DNA of 32,000 bases, from positions 1,290,001 to 1,322,000 of the forward strand of contig NC_007181.1 in the NCBI RefSeq assembly GCF_000012285.1, read 5' to 3'. The notes under the pieces are model-generated. The model saw only the letters and a program-made list of their open reading frames with translations. It was not told the DNA's origin and did not search any database. Shown in pieces: positions 19,289-27,410 of the stretch (its first letter is position 1; the number at the start of each line of letters is the position of its first letter). This DNA is from Sulfolobus acidocaldarius DSM 639 (GTDB taxonomy: Archaea > Thermoproteota > Thermoprotei_A > Sulfolobales > Sulfolobaceae). The position numbers and the translations under genes are program-made.

Positions 19289-19568
19289 ACAGTGAGTTAA
19301 TGAATAGAAGTTAGTACGCTAAACCCTTTTTCCTCGTTCTAGAGTCTGCATAATACGAGAATACAAAGGCAATAAACTGGAGATTTCAGAGGTGCCCTTG
19401 GTCTCAAACGTTTATAACTTCTTGTTTAACCCATCACTAAATTTTACCATAAGAGATTATGCGTAAAGTTAAAAGTTGGTGGTAAAAAATCTCAGATACG
19501 TAAAAAATCAAGAATACATAATTTCCTGCAGTTCCTTACTATCAACAACTTAAATATAATTTACCTGG

Positions 19569-20951
19569 TTACACATACCCATTATTTACAAGTCTTTCTA
19601 CAACACCGATCCAAATCTCTGGTTTAAAGTACATTAAGACCATAAAGCATGCTAAATTTATCACTGCTAGTACTATGCTCCCTAAAATGGATATAAGTCC
19701 TATTACAATTTCAATTACAGCTAATATTATCATTGACCATAATGATATGCTTGCTCTTACGCCTATCCTAGCAGGAGACGACTCCACGTTAGTCTCTCTT
19801 GCCTGTGGCAATCTAGAATAAGATGCTGATATCCAACCTAGTGGACATACTAAGAGCGGAATAGATAATATGACAATGCTAATTGAAATCTGAGAAGATA
19901 TCAACAGAGCTATAGACGGCGGTAACAATGTTATCCATGATAATAATAGTCTAACATACATCCTATTTCTTATGTAAGTGACATAGTCGACATTTACGAA
20001 GTTTATCCAAAGCCTTTCTGACTGTATGGTCGTACTTGAGTATATCGAATACATAATTATAACATATAAGGGAATGACGTTTATGACAGAAGAAGAATTC
20101 CGAAATACGACCAAAACTGCTGCAACTATGAATGAAAGAGGTAATAGGATCAATAAGACATTTCTCCTAACATAAGCATAGGTTGAAGTTCCTCCCCAAT
20201 TATATCTCATTACAAATCCTCCGTACACTGAGGTATAGAACAAAAGGCCCAGTATATTTTTGGGTAATTCTCTAATACTCTCGATCCTCTCTTTTTTGCC
20301 TAAACGTGTAATACTATAATTTACCGATAAGCCGTAAGCGTTACTATAAATCCTCATAGACGATTTAGGTATAGTCGCTAAGACTGAACCAAGAAGAATA
20401 CATAAACCTATAGTGTAGTATATTGAGGAATTAGTTATAGCTTGAACTGGGCTTATTAATGGATATACGAAAGAGGTTGTTATCGTATAACCTACAATTA
20501 GGAGTCCTATGATGTAGCGTAGACTGTTCTCATAGGTAAGTAATAAGGTGGATAAGTAAGATAGAAATAAACATAGTAAGGCGGTATTTAAAATGTCTAT
20601 TATGCTTCTTGTAAAGAAAATTGAAGGATATAATAAAAGAAATATTAGAAAGAGGGAATCTGCGAACCCCTTCAGAAAAAGTATATAGTCTGCCCTTTCC
20701 TGGCTTGTTAATATAAAATTTATTTCACTTATGGTCATCCTTAATCCAAATATTACATAAAATAGCAGGAGAAAAGATAGGTAGTAGACATAAAAATAAT
20801 TAGATAAAGTGAAGGAATTTGATGAATATGTATTTATATGAAGTTCTGTGTTTACAAATATAGCATAAAGTACTAGTATCATGACTAAAAATATAAATCC
20901 CTTGGTGTATCTCTGCTTTAAATAATAATATAGAAGTTTTAGACTTCTCAT
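19569..20951 (-). CDS. Polytopic membrane protein, putative permease partner of the adjacent ABC ATPase
   Basis: 460-aa ORF, highly hydrophobic with roughly 10-12 predicted helices by eye. It has a 4-nt overlap with the upstream ATPase gene. No recognisable family motif. Confidence 0.6.
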   Translation of the reverse strand: MRSLKLLYYYLKQRYTKGFIFLVMILVLYAIFVNTELHINTYSSNSFTLSNYFYVYYLSFLLLFYVIFGLRMTISEINFILTSQERADYILFLKGFADSLFLIFLLLYPSIFFTRSIIDILNTALLCLFLSYLSTLLLTYENSLRYIIGLLIVGYTITTSFVYPLISPVQAITNSSIYYTIGLCILLGSVLATIPKSSMRIYSNAYGLSVNYSITRLGKKERIESIRELPKNILGLLFYTSVYGGFVMRYNWGGTSTYAYVRRNVLLILLPLSFIVAAVLVVFRNSSSVINVIPLYVIIMYSIYSSTTIQSERLWINFVNVDYVTYIRNRMYVRLLLSWITLLPPSIALLISSQISISIVILSIPLLVCPLGWISASYSRLPQARETNVESSPARIGVRASISLWSMIILAVIEIVIGLISILGSIVLAVINLACFMVLMYFKPEIWIGVVERLVNNGYV

Positions 20952-21667
20952 AAACTGTCGCCGATTAATCTAGCTACTACTTGTTCAATTCTTTCGTTCT
21001 CACCAGCTAACTTTTTGAGTTCAGTCATTCCTCCCTGCCAAATTACTTTCCCCTTTGTTATAAGTATAATTTTGTTCGTTAGTCTTTCCGCTATACTCAT
21101 GATATGAGTTGAGACCAGCATTGTAGAATTCATCGAGTTTAGAAGATTTATCACTCTTTCTTGTGTAGGTATATCAAGGTAGTTTAAAGGTTCGTCAAGT
21201 AATAGTATAGCTGGTTCGTGTATTATAGCCATTGCTAGGGCAACTTTTTGCCTATTTCCTCTAGATAAGGAAGAAACCGTTTTTCTCTCGTACTCCCACA
21301 GCTCTAATACATCAAGTAAATGATTTATTCTCTCTTTCAGGTTATTTATATTTCTAAGTATTCCAACGTACTCTAGGTTTTCCCTCACTGTAAGATTTAA
21401 AAATGGGACAGCGTCTTCAGGAAGAAAACCGATATTGCTCTTAGCTTCTCTTGGATTTTTTGATATATCAAAACCTTTTATTTTAACTATGCCCTCATTA
21501 GGTCTGAGAAGACCTGCTAATATTCTTAGAGTTGTAGTTTTTCCTGCACCATTTGGACCTAGAAGGGCAACTTTTTCTCCGCATTTAATATAAAATGCCA
21601 GACCATCTAGAGCCTTAAAGGAACCATAAAATTTAATCAGTCCATCAACTTCTATACAGTCTAACAC
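20948..21667 (-). CDS. ABC transporter ATP-binding protein (ABC-2/drug-exporter-like)
   Basis: Walker A GPNGAGKTT, signature LSRGNRQKV, Walker B ILLLDEP and an H-loop STH. Confidence 0.88.
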   Translation of the reverse strand: MLDCIEVDGLIKFYGSFKALDGLAFYIKCGEKVALLGPNGAGKTTTLRILAGLLRPNEGIVKIKGFDISKNPREAKSNIGFLPEDAVPFLNLTVRENLEYVGILRNINNLKERINHLLDVLELWEYERKTVSSLSRGNRQKVALAMAIIHEPAILLLDEPLNYLDIPTQERVINLLNSMNSTMLVSTHIMSIAERLTNKIILITKGKVIWQGGMTELKKLAGENERIEQVVARLIGDSL

Positions 21668-21881
21668 AACTACATATTCATATAGCCAATATTTAAGTTT
21701 GTGGAAGGAAAATAAGAGAAATCAGTAATTATAAGTAATCTACTCATTTATATCAAGTCAAAGGTATTAAATAAAAATTTTATCATTATTCTGAATAAAT
21801 TTCCTAAAAATACGCCTGCTTTGTCTCCAAGCAGAGCCCTTCAAGTTTATATCGTAATTCTACTTAATTTATATATTGTAT

Positions 21882-24512
21882 ATGTCCAAACAAGCAACAC
21901 TCTTTGATTTTTCCATAAAGAAGAATGAGAGTAAAGAGCAGACTAATCAAGAGAGTGTAGAGGTACCTAAACAAACCGCTAATAGGACGAAAATAGAGTG
22001 GATAAAGGAAGCTGAAGACGGAAAAGTGTATTTCTTGTTACAAGTTGATTATGATGGTAAAAAGTCACGTGCAGTTTGTAAGCTTTATGATAAAGAGGGT
22101 AAGAAAATTTACATTATGCAAGATGAATCAGGTCACAAACCCTACTTTCTCACTGATATTGACCCAGATAAGGTTAACAAAATAACTAAGGTTGTAAGGG
22201 ATCCTTCATTTGATCATCTCGAGCTCATAAACAAAGTTGATCCTTATACGGGAAAGAAGATTAGACTTACTAAAATTGTTGTTAAAGACCCATTAGCTGT
22301 ACGAAGAATGAGGAGCTCTTTGCCCAAGGCATATGAAGCTCACATAAAATACTATAACAATTACGTATACGATAATGGCTTAATTCCAGGGCTAATATAT
22401 AAGGTTAATAAGGGAAAGCTTACACAGCTTAATCCTGAACTTAAAGGAGAGGAAATTAATGAAATTAAGAAAGCTTTCGCTGACGCTGATGAGATGACAA
22501 AAGAGACGGTAAATGATTGGATACCTATCCTAGAGACTGAGGTACCTGATATAAAGAGAGTATCATTAGATATAGAGGTTTACACTCCAAATAGGGGAAG
22601 AATACCCGATCCTGAAAGGGCTGAATTTCCTATAATTAGTGTTGCATTAGCTGGTAATGATGGTAGCAAGATCGTTTTAGCGTTAAAAAGAGAGGACGTA
22701 AATTCTGATTTTAGTAAGAAAGACGGCGTCCAAGTAGAGATTTTCGATTCTGAAAAGAAACTTCTAGCTAGATTATTCGAGATAATCCGAGAATATCCAA
22801 TGCTACTAACCTTTAACGGCGATGATTTTGACATACCATACATATATTTTAGAGCCTTGAGACTTAATTTCAGCCCTGAGGAGGTTCCACTGGATGTTGT
22901 AAGTGGTGAGGGTAAGTTTTTAGCAGGTATTCATATAGACCTCTACAAATTTTTCTTTAACAGGGCAGTGAGAATATATGCTTTTGAAGGCAAGTATAGT
23001 GAATACAGCCTAGACGCAGTTGCTACAGCCTTGCTGGGCATTTCTAAGGTTAAGCTTGATACGTTCATTAGCTTTCTGGACATAGATAAGTTAATCGAGT
23101 ATAACCTCAGGGATGCTGAGATCACACTTAAACTTACTACTTTCAATAACAATTTAGTACTAAAATTAATGGTATTACTAGCTAGAATATCGAAACTAGG
23201 ATTAGAAGAATTAACTAGAACAGAAGTTTCAACATGGATTAAGAATCTATATTATTGGGAACATAGAAAGAGAAACTGGCTCATCCCACTTAAAGAAGAG
23301 ATCCTTGTAAGATCAAACCAAGTTAAAACGGCTGCTGTTATAAAGGGTAAAAAGTATAAGGGAGCTGTTGTCATAGACCCTCCTGCAGGAGTATACTTTA
23401 ATGTGGTAGTATTAGATTTTGCATCGCTGTATCCATCAATAATAAAGAATTGGAACATTAGCTATGAAACTATAGATATTGATGAGTGTACTAAAAAGGT
23501 ATGGGTTGAAGACGAAACTGGGGAGAAGCTACATTATGTGTGTATGGATAAACCTGGAATAACAGCAGTGATCACGGGACTAATAAGGGATTTTAGAGTT
23601 AAAGTTTACAAGAAGAAGGCAAAGTACAGTAATATATCTGAGGAGCAAAGATCATTATACGATGTTGTCCAGAGAGCCATGAAGGTATTCATTAATGCCA
23701 CTTATGGTGTATTTGGAGCAGAGAACTTCCCGCTATATGCCCCTGCAGTGGCAGAGAGTGTGACTGCGATCGGAAGATACATAATAACCACCACCTATAA
23801 ACAGGCTGAAAAGCTCAATCTCAAAGTGATTTATGGAGATACAGATTCGCTATTCTTATACAATCCAACAAAAGACAAGTTGGAGGAGCTAATAAAATTC
23901 GTAAAACAGAATTTCAATTTAGATCTAGAGGTAGATAAATCATATAAGTACGTAGCATTTTCAGGATTGAAGAAAAATTACTTTGGTGTATATCCTGATG
24001 GTAAGACTGAAATTAAAGGAATGTTAGCTAAAAAAAGAAATACACCGGAATTTATAAAGAAGGAATTTGCAGAAATAAAGAATATGTTAGCTTCCTTAAA
24101 TTCGCCAAATGATATTCCTGAGGTAAAGAATAAGCTTGAGATTAAAATAAAGGATATATATAATAAACTTAGAAATAAGGGATATAATCTTGATGACTTG
24201 GCATTCAGAATAATGTTATCAAAACCTTTAGATTCATACACTAAAAATACACCTCAGCATGTTAAGGCTGGTTTACAACTTAGAGCATTTGGTGTAAATG
24301 TGTTACCAAGAGACGTTATAATGTTTGTTAAGGTTAAAAGTAAGGATGGCGTAAAGCCTATTCAGCTTGCTAAAATTTCAGAAATAGACATAGAAAAATA
24401 TGTAGAGACACTAAGAACTACATTCGAACAAATACTTAAAGCGTTCGGAATTAGTTGGGATGAAATAGTATCTACAATATCAATTGACTCCTTCTTCGGA
24501 AGTAAGAAATGA
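21882..24512 (+). CDS. dpo1: Family B DNA polymerase PolB1 (Dpo1)
   Basis: Exo motifs are DIEV and [10 protein letters not shown]. Pol motifs are [18 protein letters not shown] and YGDTDS. It is collinear with the remembered S. solfataricus Dpo1 (…[12 protein letters not shown]…AVCKL…) but clearly diverged. The track start TTG at 21876 was replaced by the ATG at 21882. Confidence 0.95.
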   Translation: MSKQATLFDFSIKKNESKEQTNQESVEVPKQTANRTKIEWIKEAEDGKVYFLLQVDYDGKKSRAVCKLYDKEGKKIYIMQDESGHKPYFLTDIDPDKVNKITKVVRDPSFDHLELINKVDPYTGKKIRLTKIVVKDPLAVRRMRSSLPKAYEAHIKYYNNYVYDNGLIPGLIYKVNKGKLTQLNPELKGEEINEIKKAFADADEMTKETVNDWIPILETEVPDIKRVSLDIEVYTPNRGRIPDPERAEFPIISVALAGNDGSKIVLALKREDVNSDFSKKDGVQVEIFDSEKKLLARLFEIIREYPMLLTFNGDDFDIPYIYFRALRLNFSPEEVPLDVVSGEGKFLAGIHIDLYKFFFNRAVRIYAFEGKYSEYSLDAVATALLGISKVKLDTFISFLDIDKLIEYNLRDAEITLKLTTFNNNLVLKLMVLLARISKLGLEELTRTEVSTWIKNLYYWEHRKRNWLIPLKEEILVRSNQVKTAAVIKGKKYKGAVVIDPPAGVYFNVVVLDFASLYPSIIKNWNISYETIDIDECTKKVWVEDETGEKLHYVCMDKPGITAVITGLIRDFRVKVYKKKAKYSNISEEQRSLYDVVQRAMKVFINATYGVFGAENFPLYAPAVAESVTAIGRYIITTTYKQAEKLNLKVIYGDTDSLFLYNPTKDKLEELIKFVKQNFNLDLEVDKSYKYVAFSGLKKNYFGVYPDGKTEIKGMLAKKRNTPEFIKKEFAEIKNMLASLNSPNDIPEVKNKLEIKIKDIYNKLRNKGYNLDDLAFRIMLSKPLDSYTKNTPQHVKAGLQLRAFGVNVLPRDVIMFVKVKSKDGVKPIQLAKISEIDIEKYVETLRTTFEQILKAFGISWDEIVSTISIDSFFGSKK

Positions 24513-24558
24513 ATAATAGAAGGGAGAGTTTTAAATTAAAATACAGTAATAATTATTT

Positions 24559-25002
24559 TTATTCTTCTTCATCGTCCATATCTTCTTCTGGTTCTGTTGG
24601 TTCTGGTCGTTCTAGCGATGTTACTTGTTTTGCATAATCTTCTAATTCCTTCTCTGCGTTTTCATCTATGTATGGAGATACTATATAGACTTTTTTATCT
24701 CTATAATCAGATTCGACCCATTGATTATCGAAACTTATTATATAAACTGGTATCTCAGCTATTGCTTCAGTTTTAGTTCTAGATTTTAGGAAGTCTTTTA
24801 TTATTTCGTATAACTGTGGCTTAAGTGGAAGTGGTATTTTAACCTCTTGTGTATCCTTTATTATAGTGAAGTCCGAGCTTCTTTCATCCCATTCTCCTAA
24901 AGCATCGTTAGCTATTTTTACAAGTATGTTTCTAAGTCCTCCATCAACTACCTCTTTTTTAGAGATATTTCCTTCTTCACTTCTCAACACTAAGATCTTC
25001 AC
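24559..25002 (-). CDS. Hypothetical protein with a strongly acidic C-terminal tail
   Basis: 147-aa ORF. Its GTG start overlaps the upstream stop (GTGA). It ends ...RPEPTEPEEDMDDEEE. It is convergent with polB1, 46 bp from the polB1 stop. Confidence 0.6.
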   Translation of the reverse strand: MKILVLRSEEGNISKKEVVDGGLRNILVKIANDALGEWDERSSDFTIIKDTQEVKIPLPLKPQLYEIIKDFLKSRTKTEAIAEIPVYIISFDNQWVESDYRDKKVYIVSPYIDENAEKELEDYAKQVTSLERPEPTEPEEDMDDEEE

Positions 25003-25493
25003 TTATGTTCACCAACTATGTATAAATATACTAGATGTGTCATATTACCGTCTTCTACTTTTATTACTTCTTTTGGAATCCATCCTCTTATCTCAAATTC
25101 ATGAGATACTATTCTAGTTCCAGGCTTCAATTCTTTTTCTAGTTTTGGCTTTAGCATTTCATTAACATTTGTCAACAAGAACATTGTTAGTACAGTTGCC
25201 TCGGATAAATCGGCTTCAAAAAAGTTACCTTTCACAGCAAAAGCTCTCCCGACTACGTTACTCTTGTTTATATTTTCGAGTGTCTCCTTTAATCTTTCAT
25301 CGTTAATTTCTATGCAGACTGACTTCTTTACTTCAAAATCTTTAGCTGCTGTGATTACTACTCTACCATCTCCGCATCCAAGATCATAAACTGTGTCTTC
25401 TTTTCCTGCTTTTGCGATCTCTAGCATTCTTTTTACTACTTTATCTGGTGTTGGAACGTAAGGGACATGTGGTACGTAACTCACGTTAGTCAC
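24999..25493 (-). CDS. Class I SAM-dependent methyltransferase (small, single domain)
   Basis: Motif I is VYDLGCGDGRVVI, with an acidic residue after beta-2 (CIEIND). The start appears to be GTG, since no in-frame ATG occurs before MLEIAKAG. Confidence 0.75.
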   Translation of the reverse strand: MTNVSYVPHVPYVPTPDKVVKRMLEIAKAGKEDTVYDLGCGDGRVVITAAKDFEVKKSVCIEINDERLKETLENINKSNVVGRAFAVKGNFFEADLSEATVLTMFLLTNVNEMLKPKLEKELKPGTRIVSHEFEIRGWIPKEVIKVEDGNMTHLVYLYIVGEHK

Positions 25494-25503
25494 TTATTGT
25501 ATG

Positions 25504-25824
25504 TTATTGAGAGCTAATATTTTTAATTTTGTCAATCACTTCTTGTTTGCCTTTATCTATATCTGGCTGGAAAGTTGTAGGGTTGAAAGGCATCTGTGTA
25601 AGTACTGGCTGTACTTTACCGTCAGTAGTCTCAATGAATAATTGAGGCAAGAATGGCATTCCAAAGTCGTCCTTCTCGCCAAAGTCTGTAACGAACACGT
25701 AATCTTCTACTTTAACTTCTTTTTCTATTCCAAGTTCTTTACTCACATCTTCCAATATCTTTGTAAATGCCTTATGCATAGGATGGTTTTCCGACGTAAC
25801 TAAAATCAATTTTTTAGCTTTCAT
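25504..25824 (-). CDS. Hypothetical conserved small protein
   Basis: 106 aa from the ATG at 25824 (the track uses TTG at 25842). It is the first gene of a three-gene minus-strand cluster with the methyltransferase and the acidic-tail protein. Confidence 0.5.
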   Translation of the reverse strand: MKAKKLILVTSENHPMHKAFTKILEDVSKELGIEKEVKVEDYVFVTDFGEKDDFGMPFLPQLFIETTDGKVQPVLTQMPFNPTTFQPDIDKGKQEVIDKIKNISSQ

Positions 25825-25856
25825 GTTCCCAGTAAAAATCAATTGATTTGCTTATA

Positions 25857-26447
25857 ATGGTGTTGGTTATGCTTACAAGAATACGAAAACAGTCCAAGAA
25901 AATTCTATTGCCTATTGCTAGAGCACTAATTAAGATTAAAATTAATGCTAATACTATAACTTTCGTTGGTCTGATTTTATCTTTAATCTACTTGATAGTT
26001 CTAGTTTTCTTTAAGAATCCTATCTTAGGGTTAGTCCTATTATTGCTGTCCGGATTCATGGATGCTATAGATGGAGAGGTAGCTAGATTATCAGGATCAG
26101 CTGGAAGCAAGGGAAGTTTTCTCGACAGTAGTTTAGACAGAATTGAAGATATGAATTATATTTTAGGTCTCTTAGGCTTAGGTTTTCCATCATTATTGGT
26201 TGGCTTATTGATAGGTATATCTATTACCATTTCTTACCTTAGAGCCAAGGCTGAATCGCTGGGGCTTAAAAAAATAGAAGGCAGAGGTTTAATTGAAAGG
26301 GGAGAGCGTATAATAATACTGTTTGTAATATTACTAGTTTCAATATTTTCAGTCCTTATTTCACTATACATAGCATATATTTTCCTTATACTCTCGATAG
26401 TTACAGTAATTCAGAGGTTCATTTACATTTACTTTAACCTTAGCTAA
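25857..26447 (+). CDS. CDP-alcohol phosphatidyltransferase family (probably archaetidylinositol-phosphate synthase-like)
   Basis: The signature D-x2-DG-x2-AR...G-x3-D-x3-D is seen as DAIDGEVARLSGSAGSKGSFLDSSLDRIED. There are about 5-6 TM helices. The start is ambiguous (TTG 25848, ATG 25857 or 25869). Confidence 0.8.
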   Translation: MVLVMLTRIRKQSKKILLPIARALIKIKINANTITFVGLILSLIYLIVLVFFKNPILGLVLLLLSGFMDAIDGEVARLSGSAGSKGSFLDSSLDRIEDMNYILGLLGLGFPSLLVGLLIGISITISYLRAKAESLGLKKIEGRGLIERGERIIILFVILLVSIFSVLISLYIAYIFLILSIVTVIQRFIYIYFNLS

Positions 26448-27372
26448 GTAGACGTCCGTAATATAATTCCAGAGGATTTTTAACTCCGCATTCAGCAACG
26501 CATAGATTGAGTTTTTTCATTATTTCGCACGAATAAACAATATATCTCTCCCTTCTGTTTCCCCTAAATTTTGCTACTAACTCTTTATCTAATTCATCAG
26601 TTACTTCATTGACGTTCACTGAGTACACAACTAGAATCCTTTTCTCTTCATCTGTCAACTCTTTTTTCTTTCTTAGTTCTACAATGCAAGGGGGTGTTTT
26701 CCTTCCTCTTAACTCATCTGCAATCTTTTTAAGGTTATCAGGAACTGAGGGTAATTTGATGGAGTTAATAAGTTCTATTATTTTAAGCCTAATCTTTTCT
26801 CTGAGCAATCTAGTTAAATCTGCCTTGTTAATGTAGACCTTTCCATTAGTCACTATGCGCTTGTTTAATTTAAAGTTCTCGTTAATTCTCTTTATCTCTC
26901 TAATATGAAATAAATAGTCTGTTAAGGGAATACTGAAAGGTAGTATTATATTTCTCTCTTTACCCTTGTCTTTTATTGAAAATTTCAACTCATCCTTACT
27001 TACATTAACTCCTAAAAGTTTTCCTATTTCTAGAAGATTTTCAGGATTCTCTTTAATTAAGTCACTTTCAATAAGTTTACTCTCTTTTTTGGCTATATTT
27101 TCTGTAATACTTCTATTATTCAATAAAGCAACTATCAATATGAGTGAGTAAAACACCAGTACGGAATTTCTAACGTTGGAAAAGCTCTCAACTTTTTCAT
27201 CTTTTATAATCTTTTCGAGTCTCTCTTTTGCTACCTCAAGGTATTTGCTTTCCAAAATATCGTTTAAAGTTACTCCTCCACCGAATTTTTTCAGCTCCTC
27301 TCCAATATCTTTGAGAAAAGGATATTTGGAAAAGTCTATTGTAGGCACTTCATTAACTATTATAAAATACAT
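26440..27372 (-). CDS. priL: DNA primase large subunit PriL
   Basis: KYPFLKDIGEELKKFGGGVTLNDIL... and the C-terminal RRERYIVYSCEIMKKLNLCVAECGVKNPLELYYG parallel the remembered S. solfataricus PriL ([58 protein letters not shown]). The ATG at 27372 is preferred over the TTG at 27378. Confidence 0.85.
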   Translation of the reverse strand: MYFIIVNEVPTIDFSKYPFLKDIGEELKKFGGGVTLNDILESKYLEVAKERLEKIIKDEKVESFSNVRNSVLVFYSLILIVALLNNRSITENIAKKESKLIESDLIKENPENLLEIGKLLGVNVSKDELKFSIKDKGKERNIILPFSIPLTDYLFHIREIKRINENFKLNKRIVTNGKVYINKADLTRLLREKIRLKIIELINSIKLPSVPDNLKKIADELRGRKTPPCIVELRKKKELTDEEKRILVVYSVNVNEVTDELDKELVAKFRGNRRERYIVYSCEIMKKLNLCVAECGVKNPLELYYGRLLS

Positions 27373-27410
27373 CAGCAATTTTTATAAGCTTACTATCCGC
27401 GACAGAAATT

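Larger units (their letters stand above)
16073..19300. mobile_element. Remnant of an older integrated element / genomic islet abutting attR (integrase pseudogene plus thermopsin-like cargo)
   Basis: G+C jumps from about 16185 to about 19300 (hand counts 37/60 in the line at 16681 and 27/60 at 17521, versus 19/60 in a host coding line at 22021). A degraded tyrosine recombinase lies directly next to the tRNA-derived att. The right border is not defined by any repeat I could find. Confidence 0.5.

Noticed and set aside
19391-19410. GGTGCCCTTGGTCTCAAACG as a degenerate copy of the tRNA T-arm (CCCGGGTTCAAATCCCGG) marking the right att of the older island
   Set aside because: Only ~11 of 15 positions match and the alignment needs indels. 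This is too weak to call by eye, so the right boundary of the island remains undefined.
22580-24241. Minus-strand ORFs within polB1 (22580-22843, 22943-23152, 23252-23458, 23978-24241), and similar ORFs in priL (26609-27448), metG (27872-28153), atpI (29398-31257) and atpF (31280-31513)
   Set aside because: All are antisense shadow frames of genes with strong family motifs. Their composition is low-complexity and hydrophobic.
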